Assembly (NCBI RefSeq): GCF_006345805.1
Contig: NW_021831694.1
Coordinates: 1 to 48,946 of the forward strand
From: Octopus sinensis
Taxonomy: Eukaryota
Length of the DNA: 48,946 nucleotides
Direction of reading: 5' to 3'
This document shows, one piece after another, positions 22,765 to 33,924 of this stretch (positions are counted from its first letter, which is position 1; every line of letters starts with the position of its first letter). Both the position numbers and the translations under genes were made by a program. Below the pieces are notes generated by a model that ran no database searches, was not told the DNA's origin, and saw only the letters and a program-made list of their open reading frames with translations.

Positions 22765-23542
22765 AGTATATATATACGCACATAATTCTAATATAAAGAT
22801 TAAATTTTATTCAAACATTTATCAATGGTCAGCATATGAAAAATACCTTTTAGGGTGAAATTTTAAATACAATTATAAATAAGGGCAAAAAGTAAAGATT
22901 TTCTTTGCCAATATGCTGAATAATAGACGTTAAATCGTCTAATCACATAAAATATTTTCACTTGTATTATTACACCACGTGACGAAACGAGTAAAGCGGC
23001 TAACAGAGATTCATAAAAATATAGTTATTCCTGAATCGGTTCCGATTTCTGGATTAATCCAAAAAGGATTTTTCCTTCATCAGCGAGGGACACAAAAAGA
23101 AAATAAATAAATGAAATCCTTAAACATACCCACGGAAAAGCACATTTAAGTACCCTAAATATATCTAAATCGAAATTCCGTAGCAAACTTCGGCACAAGT
23201 GTAGTCGGTCGGGAAACGCACACAAGTGGTTAACCCGTCCAGAAGTGATTGAGAATTTACTTCTAATATAAGGATAAAATTTTATTAAAATAATAATATA
23301 AGTGAAAATAGTTTATGTAGTGAGACGATTTGGCGTGTATTTTTCAGCATATTGGCAAAGAAATTTTTTTCTTTTTGCCTTTATTTATAATGTGGTGTGT
23401 GTGTGTGTGTGTGTGTAAATGAGTAAGATGTACAGATATCAATTCATGAACTGACACTTGTCCATCTTTGTTATTCATTTCTATTTTATTCACCTACCCT
23501 GGAATCTGCTCTTCGAAAATATTAAAGAAAGTATTTTTTTTA

Positions 23543-23812
23543 TACAGTTCTATATTTAAGAGATGAGGAATTCTGTACATTATTTACATTATTTACATTC
23601 GACGGATATTTGTCCTCATCTTGTTTGTTGTTAACACAACGTTTCGGCTGATATACCCTCCAGCCTTCTCCTGCTGTCTTCCTGAAATTTCGAGAACCCA
23701 GCTTCGAATTTTTCCCCAAGACACCTGATGAAGAAAACAACAAACAAGATGATGACAAATATCCGTCAAATGTAAATAATGTAAATAACGTAAAAGTAAA
23801 TAATGTACATGT
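23543..23812. mobile_element. Fold-back PLE-type terminal element with two broken hammerheads
   Basis: IR ~23575-23635 / ~23736-23812; minus arm keeps ggctg..cagcc GAAACGTT but lacks CTGATGA; plus arm keeps CTGATGA (23725-31) but lacks helix II/GAAA. Confidence 0.65.
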
Positions 23813-24080
23813 CTGAACAACCAAGAGCCGATATCTTCAATAAGTTGGGTCGTGTTATCTGCGTACGCTGCAAAAATTTCAAGTGCAAACACTTTTGCAC
23901 AGAGTTTGATATTCACCTGATATTCTTTGGGTATGCAAATTAGATTGACCCAACAAGGTGCCTCAATTTAAGTACTTAATTCAACTGAATCTTAATTATA
24001 TATATATTACGTATATATATGTGTATATATATATAGAAATAGAAAGATAGATAAATATAGATATATAGATATATTACGTA

Positions 24081-24123
<43 letters not shown>

Positions 24124-24180
24124 ATGCATAACTCAATACATTTGCGGGGTACAAATTTATTATTCTTTAAGAAAACTTGT

Positions 24181-24226
24181 ATTGACAGCGACTTCGAAGT
24201 TTCGGCCGGCTAAGCCTTCTTCCCGA
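24181..24226 (-). other. Hammerhead relic (helix III ACTTCGAAGT)
   Basis: Revcomp gggaaga-a-ggc..gcc-GAAA-cttcgaag-TC-gctgtcaat; C3U4 replaced by GG. Confidence 0.5.
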
Positions 24227-24229
24227 TGA

Positions 24230-24275
24230 TTTATATACATATGTGTATGTGTGCGTGTGCGTGTGTGATATATAA

Positions 24276-24340
<65 letters not shown>

Positions 24341-24344
24341 ATAT

Positions 24345-24375
<31 letters not shown>

Positions 24376-24382
24376 ATGTATG

Positions 24383-24431
<49 letters not shown>

Positions 24432-24670
24432 CACCTATATATATATATATATAAGGGAGAGAGAGAGAGAGAGAGAGTGTGTGTGTGTGTATGTGTGTGT
24501 GTCTTCGTGCATGTGTTTTTCTCGTAACCCAGCGGTTCGGCAAAAGGGCCGATATTGTAAGTACTTGGCTTAAGGAGATTTAGCACTGGAAATGATTTGT
24601 TTGGCTAAACCACCCAAGGATGAATCCCAGAATGGACGCAGTTCAATGATAGAAACAAGTAAAAAGTAGG
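24230..24670 (+). repeat. Compound microsatellite followed by degenerate SINE-B tail
   Basis: (TA)n/(GA)n/(TG)n then cagcggttcggcaaaagg..cgatattgtaagtact. Confidence 0.8.
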
Positions 24671-24734
24671 TGAAAAGCATATTTTAATGCCTGAAAATCT
24701 TTATTTTCACCATAAGTTTCTAAGATTATTTATT

Positions 24735-24930
24735 CTTTTCTACTCTAGGCACAAAGCCCGAAAATTTAGGGAGAGGCCCAGTCAATTAGATCAACTGGTA
24801 CTTAATTTATCGACCCGGAAAAGATAAAAGGCAAAGTCGATCTTGGCGGAATTTGAACTCAGAACGTAGCGGCAGACAAAATACTGCCAGGCATTTCGCC
24901 CGGCGTGCTAACGTTTCTGCCAGCTCGCCA
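24735..24930 (-). mobile_element. SINE-A monomer
   Basis: Complete head (gccagctcgcc revcomp), central block and tail A. Confidence 0.88.
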
Positions 24931-24978
24931 GGGACACGGAGTGAAAATAGTAAAAGAAAATCATTTTCTTTAAATTTC

Positions 24979-25026
<48 letters not shown>

Positions 25027-25845
25027 GTTCGTACATCCATCTGTCTGTCAGCGTGTCGGTTTGTCTGCCTGCCTGTCTATATAGCTATCAATTGGCCTGT
25101 GTATATGGATATATATACGTGTGTGAGTATGTACTTGCGCATGAGTGCGCGCGTGTGTATTGTGCGCGCGCGTGCGAGGGTGCGTGCGTGCGTGTATATG
25201 TAATATAATGTTAAATGTACACCGGGGAAAGGTGTATTAAATCCAGACGTCTCCTTCGCTTGTTTTCTTAATTTGCTTCTTTATTTATTCACGTTTGATA
25301 ATCATTTATTACTTTATTATCATAATTTATGTACTAATTTATACATATATTATTGGAAGTTTGCACATCTCGTTAATGAATTAATTACATATAAACACAC
25401 GCACATACGCACGCGCACAAAAGGCTCACGCTCTCATCCACACTCTCTACTCACACACAATGAATATATTCGAACCACTGCGTGTGTGTGTGCGTGTGTG
25501 TGTGTGTGTGTGTGGTGTGTGTGCGTGTGTGTGTGTGTTGTGTGTGTGTGTGTGTGCGTGTGTGCGTGTGCGTGTGTACTTTCTCTCGTACTGAAACTCA
25601 GGCGAGTACATAGGTGCAAACCAAGGTGAAGAGAATACTCTCGTACACCAAAGGCAGATCAAATTATATCGTATGCAGGGGCCAGGCGTAGCTTTGTGGT
25701 AAGACGTTTGCTTCCCAACCACTTGGTTCCAGGTTCAGTCCGGCAGCATGGCATCTTTGTGTCCAGTGTCTCTCACAGTATCGTCAGGCAGGTCAGAACT
25801 TTGCGATTGAATTCGGCAGACGCGAGCTGAAAGATTCTTATCTAT

Positions 25846-25908
<63 letters not shown>

Positions 25909-25956
25909 TATAGATATATATATATATATATATATATCTATATATATACTATATAT

Positions 25957-26009
<53 letters not shown>

Positions 26010-26024
26010 ATTCCAAACAAGAAA

Positions 26025-26205
26025 ACACAAAAAAACACAACAACGCGAGGACCTGGACACAATATAGTATTATTGGACGCTCAGGAAGAAGGGAAAAAGG
26101 AAGGTTAAACGTTTCGAGCGGAGCTCTTCATCGGAAACATAGGAGAAGGAAAGATCCCGAGAGGGAAGACAGAGGAAAAAATCGCCAACGGTACACACGA
26201 GGTCA
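26025..26205 (-). mobile_element. PLE-type terminal fragment between (TA)n tracts, with variant hammerhead core
   Basis: Minus strand CCGATGA-A-GAGC-tcc-GCTC-GAAA-C-GTT (26134 to 26108); (TA)n on both sides. Confidence 0.55.
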
Positions 26206-26483
26206 CATATATATATATATGTAATCATTATAGTTATAGGGTAAAAAATTATTATGTAGACAAAGGGAATGAATTTTTATAATTCTAATCCAGAAACGCG
26301 TCTATAATTAATCGAAGACTCTTTGATTTCACTGTTTTCATTCATTCTTTTTACCTATGTGAGTTACAGATATTGTTATCTGTGGAGTCATTTTTGTAGT
26401 GAAAAGAAATAACGGTCTTTTGGGCTGCTATTTCTAAATTTTCGGTATGTGGTGAAGCAACTTGTGATTAATTATTGTTAATT

Positions 26484-26568
<85 letters not shown>

Positions 26569-26623
26569 ATGTTTATATATATTGGCTAAGATCAAGGTCT
26601 AATATCTACTCTTATCAGTTCAG

Positions 26624-26666
<43 letters not shown>

Positions 26667-27059
26667 AGATGTACTCGCATAGCAAGTAATTTGATCTGAG
26701 ATGCAGCACGGATTTTTGTCAGTGAACAGGTCACGGATTTTAGCGACGGAAATATTTGACAAATTAAATAATTTTTGACGAATTAAACTTAAATGTTGAA
26801 GTGAATCGAACGGCTTTTGTGTTTTCTTAAATGGCTTATAGACACCTTCCACGCTGCAATTGTATATATATATATACACTCATACACATACATATTTGTA
26901 TTGAATGTTTGAGGTGGTGTACAGATATTGTATATTGAGAAAAAGGAAACAATTTGGATAATTCTTTATTAGTACTTTTGTTCGTTATTTTGTCGCGAAG
27001 AGTTCGGTTAACGAACGGAAGCGCAAATAAAGAATTATCAAAAATTCTGACTGCCTACT

Positions 27060-27135
<76 letters not shown>

Positions 27136-27747
27136 GTATATATATATTATTATATATTATATGTATGTATATATACATGTATATATATGTACGTATGTAT
27201 GTATTATATTTACATTTATTTATGTGTGTATATGTGTGTCTGTCTGTCTGTCTGTCTGTTCCCTGCCACCACTTAGCGGAAGCGCGTGGCTTAGTGGTTA
27301 GGGAGTTGGACTCCTGATTCTAAGATTGTGGTTTCGATTCCTGGACCGTGTGATGCGTGCCCCAGTCCAGCTGGCGAAAAGGAAAAATCCTACGACGGAC
27401 CAGCGTCATACCCCATGGAGACCAAATAAGGGGCACTTATGTGTCAGCATGATTCGAGAAGGTAACTTTACTTTTCTACATAGCATCGCTTGACAACCGG
27501 TGTTATTGTGTTTACGTCCGCATAACTTCATCTTTCCGCGAAAGAGACCGATAGAGTAAATACCCAACTTTACTGGGGGCGGGGTCCATTAATTCGCCTA
27601 AAATATTATGGCGGTGCAGCAGTCTGACGGGTCAAACAATTACACAGTTAAAGACAGACGATGTTGTTTTACTAAAGCTGAAAAACCTTCACAAGTCATA
27701 ATAGTTTATGAAATATTTCAGCAGTGAAAAAACACCGTGTATGTGTG

Positions 27748-27788
<41 letters not shown>

Positions 27789-27799
27789 TATATATTCTT

Positions 27800-28218
27800 C
27801 TTTCTTTCTTTTTCTTTTTACTTGTGTCAGTCATTTGACTGCGGCCATGCTGGAGCACCGCCTTTAATCGAGCAACTCGACCCCGGGACTTATTCTTTTT
27901 GTAAGCCCAGTACTTATTCTATCGGTCTCTTTTGCCGAACCGCTAAGTGACGGGGACGTAAACACACCAGCATCGGTTGTCAAGCAATGCTAGGGGGACA
28001 ACACGACACACAAACACACACGCACATACATAATATATATATATATACATATATACGACAGGCTTCTTTCAGTTTCCGTCTACCAAATCCACTCACAAGG
28101 CATTGGTCGGCCCGGGGCTATAGCAGAAGACACTTGCCCAAGATGCCACGCAGTGGGACTGAACCCGGAACCATGTGGCTGGTTAGCAAGCTACTTACCA
28201 CACAGCCACTCCTGCGCC
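27800..28218 (-). mobile_element. Full-length SINE-B
   Basis: Revcomp of head, short microsatellite and tail (cagtcatttgactgcggccatgctggagcaccgcc on the plus strand). Confidence 0.92.
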
Positions 28219-28529
28219 TATATGTATATTTTATTCTAAATGCAAAACACCACCACACACTGTCCTCCAGGGTTTCGTTTTCCATACAGCATGAGCGATT
28301 CTTTGTTTCCTCATCTACGGTACACTACGTATATTCTTTTCATATGTTTTAATTAATGTTTTATACAGTGCAGTAATGTACTGTGTTTTTATTTATTAAT
28401 TTATTAATTCTTGGGTTTGAAAATGCTTATTTTACCACAGGAATAATTAAAATTTAAAAACATATACATACCTATCGATTGTAGAAGGCTGCGATATGCT
28501 GAGGAGTCCACGATATAAGTTTACATATA

Positions 28530-28760
28530 TTTATTTCTTTATTGCCCGCAGGAGGCTAAACATAGAGAGGACAAATAAGGACAGGTAAAGGGATTAAGTC
28601 GATTACATCGACCCCAGTGCGTAACTGGTACTTATTGAATCGACCCCGAAAGGATGAAAGGCAAAGTCGACCTCGGCGGAATTTGAACTCAGAACGTAAA
28701 GACAGGCAAAATACCGATATATATTTCGCCCAGCGTGCTAACGATTCTGCCAGCTCGCCG
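28530..28760 (-). mobile_element. SINE-A monomer with tail B
   Basis: Head plus central block plus ttagcc..gggcaataaagaaataa end. Confidence 0.85.
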
Positions 28761-28789
28761 TCCTCTAAATTTATATATATTAACCAGAA

Positions 28790-28847
28790 ACATCCGCGAT
28801 GTACTGAGGGCGCGATAGGTGAACCGCGATATGCCGAGTGATTACTG
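28790..28847. mobile_element. Tigger/pogo-like terminal remnant
   Basis: Revcomp cagtaatcactcggcatatcgcggttcacctatcgcg resembles Tigger-type ends (recall); no partner end confirmed. Confidence 0.35.
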
Positions 28848-28889
28848 TTTATATATATACGATATTAGCAATCATTATTAATAATTGTT

Positions 28890-29090
28890 ATAAGGCAGTG
28901 AACTGGCAGATTCGTTAGCACACCGGGCGAAATGCTTAACGGCATTTCGTCTGTCTGCACGAGTTCAAATTCCGCCGGTGCTGTCTTCGTCTTCCATCCT
29001 TTCGGGGCCGTTAAATTAAGTGCCAGTGAAACACTTGGGTCTCTGTAATGTACTAGTTTCTTGCCCCAAAATTTCAGGCTTTGTTTCTAT
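28890..29090 (+). mobile_element. Degenerate SINE-A monomer
   Basis: aaggcagtgaactggcagattcgttagcacaccgggcgaaatgc..gagttcaaattccgcc. Confidence 0.8.
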
Positions 29091-29201
29091 GGTAGAAAGG
29101 ATTATTTTTCATTGCTATACAACACACACATACACATGCAACAACACACGCACACGTATTTATGTGTATGGGTTTGTATGTCTATATATATCTATACATG
29201 T

Positions 29202-29566
29202 CTTCGTCATCGCCTGAAACTCCGGCCCCCTCTCTTCGGTGCTTTTACAACGGTGCTTAAGGTGGTTCGGTCATGCGTCCCGGCGTCCAGAGGGTTTACT
29301 GATTCGCGTTTACTGTCCTCCTCCCACCTCCACTTCCCAGTTGGCGCAAACGCACGGCCGGGCAGCTGAAGACCTGGGCAACGACGATAAAGGAGGACCT
29401 CTTCGAACTATCAGTTTCTCAGATGGAACCGCGAATGGCTCGCTATCTCCAGTGATCTCGCACGAGACCGTCGAGCGTGGGCCGCCATGGTTCGTGATGC
29501 AGTTAGGACCAGAGAAGAAGCCAGCTCAACCCGCCCTGGGTGAACGCCGTCACAAGTCCAAGTAGG
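29202..29566 (+). mobile_element. 5'-truncated RTE-clade LINE with 11-bp TSD
   Basis: LLQRCLRWFGHASRRP..GQLKTWATTIKEDL..LARDRRAWAAMVRDAV; tail caagtccaagtagg; TSD tctatacatgt at 29191-29201 and 29567-29577. Confidence 0.9.
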
Positions 29567-29946
29567 TCTATACATGTTGTGAGCATTCTGAAGGTGATAC
29601 TATTTGTAAAGGTCGATGACATTTATCAATCGACCGATTGAGTAAACGGAACTATGAACAATAAGAGAAATAGCTTAAGTCTAAGATACACAAATAAATA
29701 AAAGCGTAAAGCCCACTATTCATGTGTGTGTATGCAGGGGCTTGTGGAGGTGGTGGTGGTGGTTTTAGCAGTGGTGTTAGTATTAGTGGTGGTGGTAGTG
29801 GTGATAGTGATTGCGGTGTTGGTGTTGGTTCCATGTGGCAGGTTTGATAATTGTTGAGAGACTCTCCTCGCACGAAACCGATGGTAGCCTTAAATCTATC
29901 CAAACAATACAGTATTGAGCGCTGATTCTCATCGTTCGATAATAAC

Positions 29947-30001
<55 letters not shown>

Positions 30002-30180
30002 AGGAATAACCACTTGGTGGATTCCTAATATGCTAAAGGTAGACCCCATATGGTCTGACTACTAAGAAAAATTGTTCTCAAGCAATTTCCATAAAGGCCA
30101 GAACGTAAAGCTTTACGTTCAGGAAGCGTCGAATGTGTTGACATTTTACAGAGAAGAAAGTAAATGTCGAACATAATGTT

Positions 30181-30787
30181 TTTTTGTTTTTTTTTCCTTG
30201 TTTCAGCTCAGAGCTGCGGCCATGCTGATGCACCGCCGTTTTGTGCTACACTGTTCTTACTAAGAGCCTCCTCTAATATGTGGCACTTGGTGAAGAATGG
30301 AGTTTGATATAGCTACTCTCATTTGCACCTCTTGCCGTGAGGTAGGTTCATCTGGGACTCTCGACAGGAAGATGTCCAGCTTTGATTTAAAAACCGCTAC
30401 ATCTACTTTGTGCAAGTTCCTCAGACTCTTTGGGAGAATATTAAAAAGCTGTGGGCCCTTGAAACCCAGGCTGTTGCAGAAACTGGTCCTGAAGCGTGGT
30501 GGCATTGCTGGGATCTTTGGCACTATGCAGTGTCGTCCCGTTTTAGCATTGCTGTTGCTTACAATGCCAAAATTTGGCACAATTCCTTCCAGGATCTTCC
30601 AGACATATATTACTGTATACCTCTCCCGTCTTCTCTCCAGGGAGTAGAGTCTTAGGTGTTTCAACCTTTCCCAGTAGCTGAGCTGTTGCAAAGAGACGAT
30701 CTTCTTTGTGTATCTTCTCTGGATTGCTTCAAGGTTCGCTGTTCATTTCACACTGGTGGGTGACCATAGCTGTGAGCAGTAATACAT
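30181..30787 (-). mobile_element. CR1-group LINE 3' end (RT C-terminus + 3' UTR)
   Basis: YCSQLWSP..LEAIQRRYTK..LSYWERLKHLRLYSLERRRERY..GPQLFNILP..FKSKLD (ORF 30260-30691); 3' tail ggcggtgcatcagcatggccgcagctctgagctgaaac + A-rich. Confidence 0.9.
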
Positions 30788-30788
30788 A

Positions 30789-31354
30789 TTGGGTTGTCCG
30801 GAAAGTTCGTGCCGATTTATAGTAGCTTACCTTTCGACTTATTTTAGAACATGGTTGAGTCCATAAAATAGGATTTGACTACACCTCCGTTTAGAGCACA
30901 GTTTAAGCTATCTTTTCATGGAAGAAGGTTTATGTTCCTATAACCTGTGTTAATTTTGTAACCCTTTAAAATGGAAGATAAGAAAGTTCATTTTCGGCAC
31001 TTGATGTTTTGGGAACCAGACAAAAATTGCTGCAGCTTGGCTGGGATGTGTTACACCACCCTCCATATTCACCAGATATTGCTCCTTCGGATTTCCACTT
31101 ATTCAGGTCTCTGCAGAATAGTCTTAATGGTAAAAATTTCAATTCCTTGGATGACGTAAACAGATACCTTGGTGAATTCTTTGCCATGAAACCCTCTCGA
31201 TTCTGGGAAGAGGGTATTTTCAAGTTAAAGGAAAGATGGAGACGCATTGTGCAACAAAATGGTTCATATTTGGTTGATTAAAAATGTAATGGCAAGTATT
31301 TATTAATCTTTTTCTTTCCTTTAAAAATCGGCACGAACTTTCCGGACAACCCAA
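30789..31354 (+). mobile_element. Internally deleted mariner (mellifera-like), 566 bp
   Basis: Perfect 30-bp TIRs ttgggttgtccggaaagttcgtgccgattt; TA flanks; N-terminus MEDKKVHFRHLMFWE fused out of frame to TRQKLLQLGWDVLHHPPYSPDIAPSDFHLFRSLQN..GSYLVD*. Subfamily by recall only. Confidence 0.93.
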
Positions 31355-31496
31355 TAGATAGAATTCGTGAACCGAGTCTGAGACTTATGCGCAGGTGGAG
31401 AGAAGGAGATGAAATGAAAAACTCTGGCAAAGAATTGAGAGCTTAGTTGTGCTGTAAAGTGGGTATAGTATGGGATGAGATAATTGGGTAGATATT

Positions 31497-31880
31497 TATT
31501 TCTTTATTGCCCACAAGGGGCTAAATACAGAGGGAACAAACAAAGGGTTTAAGTCGATTGCATCGAACCCAGTTCGTAACTGGTGCTTATTTTATCGACC
31601 CCGAAAGGATGAAATGTAAAGTCGACCACGGCGAAATTTGAACAGACGAAATACCTATTTCTTTATTGCCCACAAGGGGCTAAACACAGAGGGCACAAAC
31701 AAGGACAGACATAGGTATTAAGTCGATTATATTGACCCCAGTACGTAACTGGTACTTATTTAATCGACCCCGAAAGGATGAAAGGCGAAGTCGACCTCGA
31801 CGGAATTTGAACTCAGAACGTAGCGGCAGACGAAATACCGCTAAGCATTTCGCCCGGCGTGCTAACGATTCTGCCAAGGC
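31497..31880 (-). mobile_element. SINE-A dimer
   Basis: Two central blocks joined at gacgaaatacctatttctttattgcccacaagggg. Confidence 0.88.
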
Positions 31881-32288
31881 AGAGGAACTTTGGTCAAGAA
31901 TTTCAAATTTCGAATTTCGAGTGTGAGAGGAAATCAAGTATAAAAAGAAAACAAAATGAGGAGAGTGGTTGAACTGGTGGACGAAAAAGGACTGCAGAAT
32001 GGGAGATGAGTGGAGTACAGGTGGAAGTGAAAATGTATATGGGTCTGGTAAATATAGATGCCACCATTTATTTCTTGCTATTGGTTGATAATAAGATATT
32101 ATTAATTAATTCTAGGTGTGGTCGAATAACATTAATTTTCATGAAGATAGATTATCTCGGTAGACTGGACGGAGCCTTTCTGAACGCTGCTAAGTGGGTC
32201 GCCATGATGCTACGGTAAATATTCCCTAAAGAAGACTTCCTAAGGAATCCGGAATTCATTTACTTCCCACCATTAGTCAGATTATACC

Positions 32289-32289
<1 letters not shown>

Positions 32290-32342
<53 letters not shown>

Positions 32343-32787
32343 GTCTGTCTGTCTGTCTGTCTGTTTATCTATCTGTCTATTTATCTATCTATCTATTTAT
32401 TTATCTAGCTATCTATTTACGTGTCCATTTATCTATCTATCTATTTATTTATCAATTTATATATCTATCTATCTATTTACCTATCTATCTATGCATATAT
32501 ATATATATGTATACAGAAACACACGTTTGTTTTTAGGGAAGTTTTAATAAAAACAATTTTATATTAAACTAAAGGTTACTCAATATTTTTGGCAGAGAGC
32601 ATATTTAATATACTATTGCAAGAAGAATCGTGACAGTGACTTCGAAGTTTACATACATATATATGTATGTATTTCTGTATGTATGTAGGTATGTATGTAT
32701 GTATGTATGTATGTATGTATATGTGTGTATGTATGTATATATATGTATGTATGAACATATATATATATATATATATACACACACATA

Positions 32788-32884
<97 letters not shown>

Positions 32885-33062
32885 ATACATACATACATAT
32901 GTATGTAAATTTCGAAGTCACTGCCACCATTCTTATAAACATGGATATTAGATAGCACCAGTTCTGCTAGAAATAGGATTCAAAAGCTTTCTTATCCACT
33001 GTTTAGAATTTTGCCCTTTGGTTTTTTTAGCTAACTAGCCACCTATATTATTATTATTATTA

Positions 33063-33103
<41 letters not shown>

Positions 33104-33231
33104 GGTATCAATAATAATATCGCCATTATTATTTTCTTTCAGCACACGATCTCAGATCAAGTCACTTGCTCTGCAATTACATCTCCGTAATTTCTTCATT
33201 ATTTCTGTTATATACATATAGATTTTATATA

Positions 33232-33281
<50 letters not shown>

Positions 33282-33540
33282 CGTGTGTGTTTATTTATAA
33301 ATAGATAAATATGCATAACTGGTATCGCAAATATGGCGAAACTATTCGATTCGAATCTTATGCTTTTGGTATAAAAACCTTCGAGCAGAAAAACCAGGAG
33401 CTTAATTTTATATTTTCAGCTACTTCACATGAAATATAGCTCTGCATCATCATCGTCGTCATCATCATCATCATCATCATCGTCGTCGTTGTCGTCGTCG
33501 TTGTCGTCATCATCATCATCATCATCATCGTTATCATCGT
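32290..33540. repeat. Microsatellite cluster (TATC)n, (TATG)n/(TA)n, (TTA)n, (TG)n, (TCA)n
   Basis: Direct; includes the IR-flanked block 32631-32926. Confidence 0.9.
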
Positions 33541-33580
33541 ATTCCTCTACTTCCTCTTCTTGTTTTGCTCCGTCCTCCAT

Positions 33581-33890
33581 CTTCTTGAGGTGCCATATAT
33601 ACAAATGTCGGTTATCACGAACCTGTACCCACTTTTGTTCCATACACAATTCAGCACATTTTTGAACCGTTCTTTTTGAAACCAGCAAGTAAAACCGTCA
33701 AGTATCTTCGAATATCTGCCTTTCAGGGCTTCTTTCTCTCAATTTCTCTGTTTTAACTAAATACTTAAGATTTTTTCGTCTCATATGATGCCCAATGAAC
33801 AGAGCTTGTTGCTCCCTTTTGTCACAGAGAAACTTTCTGCTGGCCATAAACCATGAATGAATCGCCACATTCACTAACCAATCTGAACAT
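33581..33890 (-). mobile_element. Degenerate RTE-type LINE 3' fragment
   Basis: QQALFIGHHMRRKNLKYLVKTEKL..ERQ / KILDGFTCWF..GTSRR, matching the RTE C-terminal FxGHxMRR..GRQ..LDG..W pattern; followed by (GAT)n. Confidence 0.65.
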
Positions 33891-33924
33891 CATCTTTACT
33901 GCAATCAATATCTGATACAACGTC

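Larger units (their letters stand above)
21730..22920. repeat. 1.2-kb nested palindrome (fold-back element)
   Basis: Left arm 21730-22252 is the near-perfect inverse of right arm 22456-22920; the spacer holds a further inverted copy of 21973-22097 (at ~22259-22381). Confidence 0.93.

Noticed and set aside
23020-23085. Minus-strand CTGATGAAGG.. hammerhead-like segment
   Set aside because: GAAA box reads GGAA and helix I cannot be paired; at most a relic.
33425-33688. ORF with poly-Asp tail
   Set aside because: Out-of-frame RTE remnant running into a (GAT)n microsatellite.
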